DNA from: Octopus bimaculoides | Taxonomy: Eukaryota | DNA: 64,000 nucleotides | Direction of reading: 5' to 3' | Assembly: GCF_001194135.2 (NCBI RefSeq) | Contig: NC_068985.1 | Coordinates: forward strand, 123,849,753 to 123,913,752 | Part shown: positions 50,900 to 63,360 of the stretch, one piece after another | Layout: every line of letters starts with the position of its first letter | Numbering within the stretch: position 1 is the stretch's first letter | The notes under the pieces: model-generated | Database searches by the model: none | Seen by the model: only the letters and a program-made list of their open reading frames with translations | Told to the model about the DNA's origin: nothing | Made by a program: the position numbers and the translations under genes

Positions 50900-52258
50900 G
50901 CAAACGCACCCGTCCTTTGGAAGTTTAAGTTGCTTTGGTGGTATTTTTTTCACCAAATAATTGAACAACCTAGAACGTTTATGAGTAGCAATCTATGTTT
51001 CCTATTAACCTAGGAACGAAAAATCAAACTGAAGGCTGGTTATTGTGCAGGTCGTTACACTTTAATGATCATAGAACATATAGGATTGCAACCGAAGCAA
51101 AATAGAGGTATTGAAGCGTTTTGGGAGTAGATTACGGATAATGACTACAAAATATAGTTGTTTTACATGAAAGCGAAATTTCTTGTCAGGAACAACCACA
51201 TAAATGGTGTAATGAAATTGAAGGAATACGTTGAAACTTTCCCTCTTGAGTTTACTTTATTCAACAGCAAAGGGAACTATTTTTTTGGAGAGATAAGTCC
51301 CTTTATTCTGTCTTCCCACATAGCCTGCGCATAAGCTAACGGCGAATGCCGCATAAAGTTAAATTAATGTCGAGCTTTCTGAAAGATGCGTATAGCTTTC
51401 GCTAGTGGAAGCAAGACTCTTACTTGAAGGTTGATTCTTTGGGAAGAATCATATGTGATTGTTTAAAAAGGCTAAAACGACAATGCTAAAGCCTATTTGA
51501 AACAATGGATAACAATCGAAATATCATGATAGATGGGTAAATAAGCATCCTTAAAGGGAAACAATGCATTCGTAGGTAAACAAAAGTACCAACAAATAGA
51601 ATAGAAGGAAGGGAACATCACTCTTCTAGTAACTCAGAATAGGTAAAGGTAAACTTGTCAAAGTTTAATGCAGTTTAAATATGGAGATTAAGGTTGTTTG
51701 ACATTGGATATTCATCGAGTACAGTGTTCCTAGTCAATTTAATCAGCGTCGCAGGTGTACAGTCGAAATAAATAAAGAAAATCCTTTCACTTTTATAAAA
51801 AGATTAAAAAAGTATGGAAGGCGCTACAGACAAAAAAAGACTCTGTCCATTCATGTCCATTTACGTTCATTTACGCGGGAGCTCTGGGCAAAATGTTATA
51901 GTGCAAGTAATGTATCTGCAAAGTTTGGTGAAAATTAGTTGAAAATTGTGGAAATGTATGCGTTCAATATTCCAAGTCAATTTAATCACCGTCACAGGCG
52001 AACAGTCGAAATACATAAATAGACAAAATACTTTCGCTTATATAAAAAGATTAAAATGTATGGAAGACCCTACATACAAAGACTTATATCCATTTACGTA
52101 CATTTGCGCGGGAGTTCAAGGCAACATGTTATAGTGCATGACCATCCTTGGGACATAAGTGATGCGTGTGTAAAGTTTGGTGAAAATCGGTTGAGAATTG
52201 TGGAAATGCATGCGTTAGTCATTATACACACACATACTGTGACTTATATATACTAGAT
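50893..52258 (+). mobile_element. Helentron-associated/DINE-like non-autonomous element with internal ~243-bp tandem units
   Basis: Starts ..taaactagcaaacgcacccgtc and ends aaagtttggtgaaaatcggttgagaattgtggaaatgcat..acacacatac..ttatatatactagat, as typical of DINE/HINE ends. Units 51727-51969 and 51970-52216. Confidence 0.55.
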
Positions 52259-53539
52259 TATATGTTATATATTATAAATGTATATGATAAATTATCTATA
52301 TGATATGTAATGTTATAAATGTATATTATATAATATCATAAATATATATGACCTTTGACACCATAATCACTGCCTTATCGTTTAACTCTCTTTTCCCTTT
52401 ACTTTTCTTTCCTTATTATCTTCGAGCAGCTTCCCTTTCTCCTGTTCTTGCACTTTCTTTCTCTCACCAATTTCCTCATTCATTCAACTTCTTGTGTATT
52501 TAGAACTGTCACGTTGTTTTGTACTGTCTCTAAGCTGCTGCTACCCGTTCTATGTAGTAAAACTCATCTCTCTCATTCTTTTTAAAACTTCATCTTAAGC
52601 CCAAACCGTCGGAAAGTTCGCTTTTGACGGCATATACATTAAATTCTTTTTTCTTAGTTTTTTTCCAATAAATATAATTCTAGCCGATAAAGTACACCAC
52701 CTGTCACCTTTGATTTCGCTATATCTACATATATAAAATAATAATAAACATAATAAACGCATTCATTGTGAACATATGTGTGTGAGTAGATATATACATA
52801 CATACATACGTTCATACATACATACATGTATATACATACAGACGTATGTATGTTGTCAGTCGATCGTTCCTCGTCATAGAAATGATAAAAGCTTATAGTT
52901 CTTTATAGTATACGCATGCTCAGACAGAATTAAATTGCTTTGTATGATTTGCATAATAGTGCAAGCGTGAATAAGATAATTAAAATAAAATACAACGGTA
53001 TCTACTTTTTACAGCAAGTCTAACTATGTTGATAAAAAAAATCAGGGCCGACCATTTGACGTCCTACTTCAACACCACTCAACTTAAGTGTACACCCCGT
53101 TAACTGGTCCATAAACTCATTTGACCATTGACCAGAGCTTACTCCCATTATTCGCTATGCCCAGAAACACTCCCATACTCTCACTCCTCTACAATACAGT
53201 CTCAACAAAAATCCTGGGGAATCATCAAACCACACATACATACACCTGCCATTCTCACGATACTAAAAATTTATCACCCTAGTATTCCCTTCAGCCCCCA
53301 ACTTGAGTCAATTACTAATATCACTTATTACGACCAATACGACCGTATTTTATGAAGTTCTCATATCTTATACATATATATATATCTTGGTGGTCAAATA
53401 AATACCTACTCGGACTGAAGAATCGCAAGATGACACTGCCAGTTGCTGTGGTATATTGATCATTACAATTCTTTGTGTGTATGGACATAATACATACATA
53501 CGTGCATATATGTATATGTACATACATTCATTCATACAT

Positions 53540-53608
<69 letters not shown>

Positions 53609-53853
53609 AAGACTTACATAGCTGCGTAAATGGACTAGAAAGGACGACGAACTGGGAATCAAAACAGAATCTGTTTTGGCGTCTGCTTTCTACGCCATTC
53701 TCATGTATCCGGATTACGTGTAACATACTACTGTCACTATATAAGCTGGATTACACATGATATTTCTATCTTAACGTTTGAATTAAGCTTATTCCATTAA
53801 CATAAACTTTTCATCTCAATTGCATCTCGTCTCTTCTCAGCTTAACACAATCT

Positions 53854-53921
<68 letters not shown>

Positions 53922-55690
53922 TTATAAGAAAGTATTTATGATAATTTAACGTTTGAATCGTTTCCAAAAACGGAAGGTAAAATCCGCAATCCTAGGTAAT
54001 TGGTCGTTTATTAAAATGCAACTTAAGTGTTGGGTGTAAAGGTTTATAAAACACTTTGAGGCTGTACTAAAGTTGTTGGGGATGATTTTTTTGAATACAA
54101 CATAGCATATAGTTAGTGAATTTGACTGAACGCTAAAATAACACACACATATATTCGCATAGAATTGCTTACAGACATATATTCATACGCACATATACAT
54201 GAGGGTTTTTTTTTTTCGCAATACAAGACTAAATGGAGATCATATTTATCTCCGCTATTCAACACATAAAGGGGATGAAAGACAAATAGAATAGGATGTT
54301 AGTCTAATAAAATTAGCATTTGCCACATCGCATGAACTTAACACACATATTGAAAAACACCAAATCACACGTCAATTTTACAGTACTGCCACTATCTACG
54401 GCATTGAAGTTTACAAATATTGTTTGGGTTCAGCTCGAAGCCTTTCTGTTATTGGATTCTTGTACCAGTAATACAACACTACACTAGAATACTCTGCAAC
54501 AATACTGCATATAGTATACCACAACATTATATATATATATATNNNNNNNNNNNNNNNNNNNNNNNNNNNNNNNNNNNNNNNNNNNNNNNNNNNNNNNNNN
54601 NNNNNNNNNNNNNNNNNNNNNNNNNNNNNNNNNNNNNNNNNNNNNNNNNNNNNNNNNNNNNNNNNNNNNNNNNNNNNNNNNNNNNNNNNNNNNNNNNNNN
54701 NNNNNNNNNNNNNNNNNNNNNNNNNNNNNNNNNNNNNNNNNNNNNNNNNNNNNNNNNNNNNNNNNNNNNNNNNNNNNNNNNNNNNNNNNNNNNNNNNNNN
54801 NNNNNNNNNNNNNNNNNNNNNNNNNNNNNNNNNNNNNNNNNNNNNNNNNNNNNNNNNNNNNNNNNNNNNNNNNNNNNNNNNNNNNNNNNNNNNNNNNNNN
54901 NNNNNNNNNNNNNNNNNNNNNNNNNNNNNNNNNNNNNNNNNNNNNNNNNNNNNNNNNNNNNNNNNNNNNNNNNNNNNNNNNNNNNNNNNNNNNNNNNNNN
55001 NNNNNNNNNNNNNNNNNNNNNNNNNNNNNNNNNNNNNNNNNNNNNNNNNNNNNNNNNNNNNNNNNNNNNNNNNNNNNNNNNNNNNNNNNNNNNNNNNNNN
55101 NNNNNNNNNNNNNNNNNNNNNNNNNNNNNNNNNNNNNNNNNNNNNNNNNNNNNNNNNNNNNNNNNNNNNNNNNNNNNNNNNNNNNNNNNNNNNNNNNNNN
55201 NNNNNNNNNNNNTATATATATATATATATATATCCTACAACATTATATATACCACAAGAATACGCTATACCACAACACAATACTATGCTATATAATATTT
55301 TTGATATATGGGTATATGTCAATTAGTGTGTTGAAGTGTTGAGTAGAGCACTGGCACAGTTTGGGCTAGCTGGTGTCATCCGCTATTCGGGCTACCCCTG
55401 GTGTCAGGGTATATTTCCGTTGGATCTACTTCAAGAACTCCATAGCGATGTTTCATTCCCTAACCAGACGGGCATATAACATGGCAGCCAAAACTCCGGA
55501 TCTTTAATGAAACACAACTTTATGTATGGATGTACCTGATGAGACCCAGACTGCAAAATTGATGCAACAGAACACGTTAAGCAGAGTCCCACCCATAAGA
55601 GTCAGAAGTAGGATGATTTGAAACGACCGTTGTACAAAATAAAGATTAATACCAAATTCCTCTTCTCCTAAAGAAATTAATATTATTATG

Positions 55691-55741
<51 letters not shown>

Positions 55742-55796
55742 TCATACATAAACATACACATATGCTTAATAGATATGCATAATATATACATACATC

Positions 55797-55913
55797 GCCG
55801 TAACTTAGCGGTTCGGCTTAAGAGTCCGATAGAATAAGTCCTGGGGTCGATTTGCTCGACTAAAGGCGGTGCTCCAGCATGGCCACAGTCAAATGACTGA
55901 AATAAGTAAGAGA
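55797..55913 (+). mobile_element. SINE family A 3' fragment
   Basis: 3' module with a deletion between the two GAATAAGT direct repeats seen in intact copies. Confidence 0.85.
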
Positions 55914-56968
55914 GTATATATGTACACACATGCGCGAGCACACACACACACACACATAATTCCGAAATTTTCTTTCATAGTACGTATGCATAAAATCTTT
56001 TATTCTATTATTTTTTTCAATGAAAATTATTTCACCAATCCTTATAATATTTCCTAGCATTATTTCCCCTGTTCAGCGGATATATCAACTGCCTTCCTTC
56101 CTGCATCATTTCGAATTCACTGTTTTATCGATCTCATTGCTCCATCGTTCCGAGTTGTTTTCCTTTCTGCTCTTCCAGTAAACATTGATTTGATTCTAAA
56201 GAACAGCGACAATGAAAAACTACTAAACAAGAATACAGTGTCAAAAGTTGTTACAGTGGAGGTGTTGGAGATGATGAAGGCGGACGCAGCAACGGTGGTG
56301 GTGTTGGTGTTGGTATTGATGGTGATCTATAATTGCTAATGTTGCTTGTGATTATATATAGTACATTATATAATCCCTGATGGTTTTGACAGTTAAAAAG
56401 AAAAACCTTCATCAGTATTTTTGCCTGTTTTACTCTCCTGTAAGGTTGTTGTTTGTGTCGTTGTTACTGTTCAGCCCCTTAGACTCAGCTTAATTGTGCA
56501 TCAGAAGAATTATGATAAAAGGCATTTTTTTTTTTTTACATCAAGAGCTACAATTCCTTCTAATTTTTTTTTTTTTTGGAAGATTGTAGGATATGGTTTG
56601 CTGAAATGTAGCTGCTATTTCTTGCAGGTCGTGTACATGCATACAGACTTGCTTCATATACTAGAGCAAAATGTTTTTGTGGTGTTGAGGTGTAAAGTAA
56701 TAGTGTAGTATTACACAACACTGTACAATCTATAGAATATATACCTATACTATATATAGCATAGTATTGTGTTGTGGTATAGCGTATTCTTCTGGTATAT
56801 ATAATGCTGTAAGATATATATATATATATGTATATATTTATATGCACATACATCTATAAGTACTTGTATAAATGTAAATGTGTGCGTGTGTATATAAGTA
56901 TAGTTGTAGTATACCTTCTGTCTGTGTTGTAGTGTAGCGTATTCTTGTGGTACATATAATGCTGTAGG

Positions 56969-57304
56969 ATAGGCTGTGTGGTAAGTAGCTTGCTTACCAA
57001 CCACATGGTCCCGGGTTCAGTCCCACTGCGTGGCATCTTGGGCAAGTGTCTTCTACTATAGCCTCGGGCCGACCAAAGCCTTGTGAGTGGATTTGGTAGA
57101 CGGAAACTGAAAGAAGCCTGTCGTATATATGTATATATATATATATGTATGTGTGTATGTGTTTGTGTGTCTGTCCCCCAACATCGCTTGACAACCGATG
57201 CTGGTATGTTTATGTCCCCGTAACTTAGCGGTTCGGCAAAAGAGACCGATAGAATAAGTACTAGGCTTCTAAAGAATAAGTCCTGGGGTCGATTTGCTCG
57301 ACTA
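56969..57304 (+). mobile_element. Well-preserved SINE family A, cut by an N-gap
   Basis: tRNA-like head, core, internal (TA/TG) microsatellite and 3' module. Confidence 0.92.
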
Positions 57305-57499
57305 NNNNNNNNNNNNNNNNNNNNNNNNNNNNNNNNNNNNNNNNNNNNNNNNNNNNNNNNNNNNNNNNNNNNNNNNNNNNNNNNNNNNNNNNNNNNNNNN
57401 NNNNNNNNNNNNNNNNNNNNNNNNNNNNNNNNNNNNTATATAAAAGTGTGCGTGTGTATATAAGTATAGTTGAAGTATACATTCTGTCTGTCCGTCTCT

Positions 57500-57537
<38 letters not shown>

Positions 57538-59172
57538 CCTATAGTTTCCTGCCATCCCGATGGTTTCATTTTTGGCAACAAGATTGGTCCTTGCTGTAGG
57601 AAACCAAAATTTGGTATATCAGTTCTGACCTTCCACAGTTCTTTTGAACATAAATATCAATTGGTTTCTATAAAATGTCAGCTTCTAGTACCAATATCCA
57701 ACTATTAGATCACTTTCAGGTGCCTTCCCGTTCTGCGGTTTATACCTAGTACTATAGCGGAGGTTTCTGCATCAATTTTGTATGTTCAATTTTGTATGCA
57801 TCAATTTTGTATGTTTTACTGTTAGTGTTGGTACACTATTCTCTCTCAATTGTATTTAACCATGGTGCGTTCCAATTTTTGATCAGAATGATTGTAGATC
57901 TTCTTGGGAAGAAGCGTTCTTAATGGTAACATATTCCTTCTTCATCTCCCTGTATAATGCTTGTGGGTTGAAAGCAAACTTGCAATTGATACTGGCTCGC
58001 TCGAAAATTTGCTTGCGATAGCGGAATTTCTCGCTCATCGTCCTCAGTTCATGTTTTAAAGAGATCGGTGTGAAGAGTTGCCATAAAGTTTCATTAATTT
58101 TTGTCCAAGGTAGAGTTGGTGAGGTGTAAACTCATTTTTTCCTTACATTCTATTGTTGTAGTTAACAATCCAATATGGCGGCTTATGTTTTTGATATTTT
58201 CTTCAAGTTTTGTTTTCCATCTAGGTTGTTTTCGTTTAGCAATTTCGTTTCGTTGTTCACTGTAGATTTCTCCTAGATGTTCTTTAATAGTAATAGCGGC
58301 TGTTTATATAAGAGTATTGATATTCCAATAATTAACATCACATGATTCTATGTGCTCTCCAGCAACATAGTTGATAGCCTTAAACATTAGATCGGTTGGA
58401 CTTTTTCTCACTCTTCTCGGGAATAGTCTTTTGCTCAAAGAATGCTTCGAGAAAGTAGCAACATTTTTGCGAATTGTAATTTTAAAATGTTTTTGAGTTG
58501 GATGTATTCCGCAATCTTCGTTACTGAGTCAGCTAAATTTGGAGACACTCGAATTTAGCGATGGCGGGAGCGGTGGTCTGTTTGCATTATTTTTTTCGTA
58601 GTTTCTGGCAGATTTTGACCCATTTTCAGTGTTTTGGGAGGATCGATGACCAGCCAGTTTATCTTTTTTTAATTTTTTTTTTTACAAAAAATGCTTATTG
58701 TCGGACCTATTGAACCGTGAAGGTTTTACTTAAGAAAGCTGGGATGCGCTTCGTCCCAGTATTGTTTTAACCGCTTCATGTATCTGATTGAAGGGTCATC
58801 TCGGACTTTTTCATAGCACCCAAATAAATCTTGGTTTAGTTGTTGAGTTCAAGTAAAATGAGAAGAGTACTTACGTCTTTCTAAATAACTTACTCGTGAA
58901 GGAGTTCTGTTTTCATCGGTGGTGACGTTGTTAGTTTCATCTGTGGTGGCGTTAGTTTCAGCCATAATCGTGTTGGCGAGATTCCACGTGGTGTAAATGT
59001 TTAGGATAGCACTACGATGGCGAGTAAAAAGTGTTTCTCGTATTAACTGTTGGATAAATAAACCAGTTACCGATTTAGGCTGGAGAAGTGGGCATATTTC
59101 TAGAGGAAGGCGTTCAAAACGGACTTTTTCAACGGTCCTCTACGCCTGCACATCCGATATTGATGGCGCCAT
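57538..59172 (-). mobile_element. 5' 1.6 kb of an R4/Dong-like LINE (5' UTR, N-terminal domain, start of RT), decayed
   Basis: ATG at 58965 gives MAETN...TQQLNQDLFGCYEKVRDDPSIRYMKRLKQYWDEAHP. Later segments: QPRWKTKLEENIK, FNPQALYREMK, GKAPESDLIVGYWY and ARTNLVAKNE...GNYR (pre-RT domain), ending at a (TA)n tract. Confidence 0.8.
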
Positions 59173-59200
59173 TATGTATGTATGTATGTATGTATGTATG

Positions 59201-59806
59201 TCTCTTCTATTTTTTATTTATTATAAATCTTCTACTGAGGAGGGATCCAGTTCCCCACAAAGATACAAGGCTCCATCTTTGAAATGTAGTTAACACTGAT
59301 AAATTCATATTTGGAACTTGAGAAAAGTCTTGCATATTTTTACTGTTCCACTCACAGATTGGATTTGTAATGTACGAATCAGCCGGTCAATTTCTCTTTC
59401 CGAAAATCCCAGTTTTTCCAGATTCTCCTTTAAGCATTTACTAACAAAACCTAGTGCTCCAATTATTATTGGTATGAATATGAATTCATAATCTGGATTT
59501 AGAAGTTGGAGGTTTCGAACCAGTTGCCCATAGATATTCTCTTTTTCTTTGATTTTCAAAGACATATTTATATCTACAGGGCAGCTGACCTTTATGATGC
59601 TACATACCTTTGCTTCTCTGTTCCAAACAACAATATCCAGTCTACGTTTGACAGAAGTTTTGATTGGAATATTCCACCAGTAATCCTTGAGTTGGTGTTT
59701 ATAAATGTATTCCATAACAGAGGGATTTTCTAAGTTTATTTCAGGACAGTCTTTTTTGCTGATGGCATTGTAAATTGTTTTAGCAACAACATCATGCCGC
59801 ATAAGG
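59201..59806 (-). mobile_element. 5'-truncated R4/Dong-like LINE 3' end (REL endonuclease and UTR)
   Basis: Open frame RHDVVAKTIY...YWWNIPIKT...RLDIVVWNRE.KVCSIIKVSCP.D....KIKEKENIYG...IPIIIGALG...KICKTFLKFQI* (59805-59305); (TATG)n on both sides. Confidence 0.9.
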
Positions 59807-59884
59807 ATGTATGTATGTATGTATGTATGTATGTATGTATGTATGTATGAACTCACACATACATACATACACATGTATATTGCT

Positions 59885-59950
59885 GTGTTTGCGTCTCAAT
59901 AACTTAGCGGTTCGAAACAAGAGACGTATAGAATACGTTCTAGGCTTAAA
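59885..59950 (+). mobile_element. SINE family A small 3' fragment
   Basis: taacttagcggttcgaaacaagagacgtatagaatacg.tctaggctt. Confidence 0.6.
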
Positions 59951-60840
59951 AAAACATGAGAACAGGGAATAGTGTGAGGTATGAAAGTGCATAGTACTTT
60001 ACTCCAAGTGGAGATGGGATGTCGAACGTTTGAAGCGAGATCAACAGAGATTGAATCGTATACTAGAAAGTGAAGCAAAAAATTTTCCCCACCTTCCCTA
60101 AATAACTCTATTTTCCTGTAAAAAAAAAAAAAAGCAATGCCTCGCTTTCTTGTTGCACGATCTGTAAAAAGAGTAGGAAATTCTTATACAGATTAAATCC
60201 TACTGTCTGTAAAAGCTAATGTAGGTCTGTGTGAGCTTTGTCCGAAATGACTGGATTGGTCACTGCTCTAATGTCTTTGATCATGGGCCTGCTGAATTAC
60301 TGTTAAATTCAAGCGCAAAAATAAAAATAAAATATAATGAAAAACAAAAATAAACAGGCTTGTCTGTGTGCTGAGAAATTTCCGTTTCGACCACATGGTT
60401 CCAGCATTNNNNNNNNNNNNNNNNNNNNNNNNNNNNNNNNNNNNNNNNNNNNNNNNNNNNNNNNNNNNNNNNNNNNNNNNNNNNNNNNNNNNNNNNNNNN
60501 NNNNNNNNNNNNNNNNNNNNNNNNNNNNNNNNNNNNNNNNNNNNNNNNNNNNNNNNNNNNNNNNNNNNNNNNNNNNNNNNNNNNNNNNNNNNNNNNNNNN
60601 NNNNNNNNNNNNNNNNNNNNNNNNNNNNNNNNNNNNNNNNNNNNNNNNNNNNNNNNNNNNNNNNNNNNNNNNNNNNNNNNNNNNNNNNNNNNNNNNNNNN
60701 NNNNNNNNNNNNNNNNNNNNNNNNNNNNNNNNNNNNNNNNNNNNNNNNNNNNNNNNNNNNNNTATATATATATATATATATACAAGTAAGTGCGTGTGCC
60801 AGCATATTTGTGTGCGTGCGTGTGTGTGCATATGTATATA

Positions 60841-60957
60841 CAGTAATCCTCGCTTTATCGCGGACTCCTCAGTATGTGTATGTATATTTCTTTAGATTTT
60901 GATTATTTCTGTGAGAGGTTTTGGAACGTAACACGCGCGGTAGTCGACAGATTACTA
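60841..60957. mobile_element. pogo/Tigger-type MITE, TA-flanked
   Basis: TA-CAGTAATCCTCGCTTTATCGCGG ... GGAACGTAACACGCGCGGTAGTCGACAGATTACTA-TA: imperfect ~22-bp TIRs of the CAGTAATCCCTCG type. Confidence 0.7.
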
Positions 60958-60964
60958 TAATAAT

Positions 60965-61135
60965 ATATACGAAGATCGGCTGGAAGTATATATACGAAGG
61001 TCTCATGGAATGTGAACAATTGAGATTTATTTTTCAATATTGTCCCCCTTGAGCTTTTCAGGCATCGGTGCTGCAGTGCTTGGATCTCAATGGTAAATTT
61101 TGTCCAGTATCAAAATGAAGTCCTTAATAGTTACT
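60965..61135 (-). mobile_element. Mariner 3' end (transposase C-terminus and decayed TIR)
   Basis: Minus strand FTIEIQALQHRC then, after a frameshift, KGDNIEK*, matching the mariner GIQALQHRWKKCV..KGDYVEK* ending. Confidence 0.6.
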
Positions 61136-61534
61136 TTTGAAGTGTTCTTTGAAAAGTCAGATGTCAGTTTACATGCAACGAAATAATACAGTATTTAATA
61201 AGAAGAGCTTAAATTAAGGCTAGCAAGATTTCACAGCTCCGGCATCACTCTTTCACAGTCGACCAATGATATTTTCAGCCGAGTCTCGAAAGTTGATTGT
61301 AGATCTAAAGTATTCAAAATAGAAGGGAATACGAATGTGTTTCAATAAAGAATACCTATTTATTCACATACACATTGCGAGCGAGAGTTTATGTGTATGT
61401 GCATATATACATATACGTCTGTGTGTCTATGTATGTATATACATACGCTCAAACGCGCGCCCGCCCACACACACACACACACATACACACACACGCGCTC
61501 ACACATACATACACACATAAAACATACATATACA

Positions 61535-61681
61535 TATATACGACGGAATTCTTTCAGTTTCCGTCTACTATGTTCAATCACAAGGTCTTTGTCGGCCCGA
61601 GGCTAGAGTGGAAGACACTTGCCCAAAGTACCACGCAGTGGGACTGAGCTCAGGAGCAAACTGCTTATTACATATCCACGC
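61535..61681 (-). mobile_element. SINE family A 5' half
   Basis: Reverse complement of ..cagtcccactgcgtggtactttgggcaagtgtcttccactctagcctcgggccgac..agtagacggaaactgaaagaa. Confidence 0.85.
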
Positions 61682-62329
61682 TTATATATATAAAATATAT
61701 ATAATACTATACATACATACATATATACATACATACATACAGGCATGCATACATAAACACAAATATATATGTGTGTGTGTGTGTGTATCTATCAGTCACG
61801 CACATACATGCTAGAAACAAGAGAATGTCGATAGTTTTTGCATTACTAATGAGAACACGATTCTTGGATATTGATTTTTCAATAATTTATGGTTGGTATG
61901 CTATACCATGCTTGCCACAACATACATACATACATACATACATACCCACATGCACACACACATAGACATAGTGCCCCCTGTGAGAATATTTTTCATTAAC
62001 GCTAATGAATTTTCTCCACATTATGGTTATAATTTCAATTGATTAAAATTATTTTCGGCACACCACGTCAAGCACTACATGCTCTTCATGCAGAAAGTAC
62101 CTTTGGGACATTTTCCAATGTCATTTTTATTTTGAATTGCTTAATCAGTGAAATTTCTTCACACCAAAACTATATACATATTAAGTCGTTCAGTGATCAG
62201 GTATATTTGTATTCAGTATGTTCTTCACTTACAAAGTACATTGCGACTTAAACATGTCCGATGCTGTCACTGTAGCAACCAAAGATCAGACTCACTATTC
62301 CTGTATATGATTTAATTATTGGTCGACTG

Positions 62330-63160
62330 AAATTTTAGAAGTTCTCTCCCTTGACACTGAATTCTGTAGACTTACAATCAGTCTCAGCAAAGTTGAATTC
62401 CTCAACAAACATGCTACGTGAACAACAAAACTATACCCTCTAAGTTCCGCATAGAGGGCACGCAACTCAAAATCGTTGATTATTTTAATAATCTGGGAAG
62501 TGTTATCTCTTTCAACGGCGCTCTTGACAAGGCGATAGCTGCATGCATAAGTAACGTTAGTTACCAGGGCCATGTGTTCTGAGCCACAAAAATACCACAC
62601 TAAAAACGAAAATCAAAGTTTATCAAAAAGTAGTAGTCACTTCCAGACTACATGCACGTGAAATCTGGCTGCCTTATTTCAAGCCAGTTTACTGTTTCTG
62701 CATAGGAAATGCGCGTCCGATTATCAGCTTTAGATTGCAGGACAAGGTGACGAACTTGGAAGAGTTCAATAGAACCACACTGGCAAAAGCTGAAGAGATA
62801 GTGTTGAGGATTTATCTCACTGGATAAAAAAACAAACAAAAAAAAAACAAAAAAAAAAATAAAAAAAGGATAGGTCCAGCTTACATTGCCAAGCACTTTC
62901 CAGAGCACTTTGGTCAAATAAACATAGAATAATATTGACAAGATCAAACAATGTTCTATCTTTCAAGTGAACAAGTCTTGGACTGGGGTTAGAGGAAAAT
63001 GACCTGTAATATAAAAAAAAAATCCTACGAGATAAATCGACGTGAAAAATATGCAGTATAGTCTATCCATGTACACCAGCGATGATATATGCATCTTTGC
63101 AGCACCTGCACTACAATCGGTTGTGTTCTTTAAGGATTGCATGTACTGCTAAATGACACG
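62330..63160 (+). mobile_element. Older RTE-clade LINE fragment (RT thumb to C-terminus)
   Basis: LTISLSK, EGTQLKIVDYFNNLGSVISFNGALDKAIAACIS, VLSHKNTTLKTKIKVYQKVVVTSRLHAREIW and QDKVTNLE remnants; the 3' third is weakly recognisable. Confidence 0.75.
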
Positions 63161-63172
63161 GATTGCCAAACA

Positions 63173-63203
<31 letters not shown>

Positions 63204-63252
63204 GTACATATATATATATATATATATATATAGCGGCGTACGTACACTTTGG

Positions 63253-63294
<42 letters not shown>

Positions 63295-63310
63295 TTTATT
63301 TAAAAGCAGC

Positions 63311-63360
<50 letters not shown>

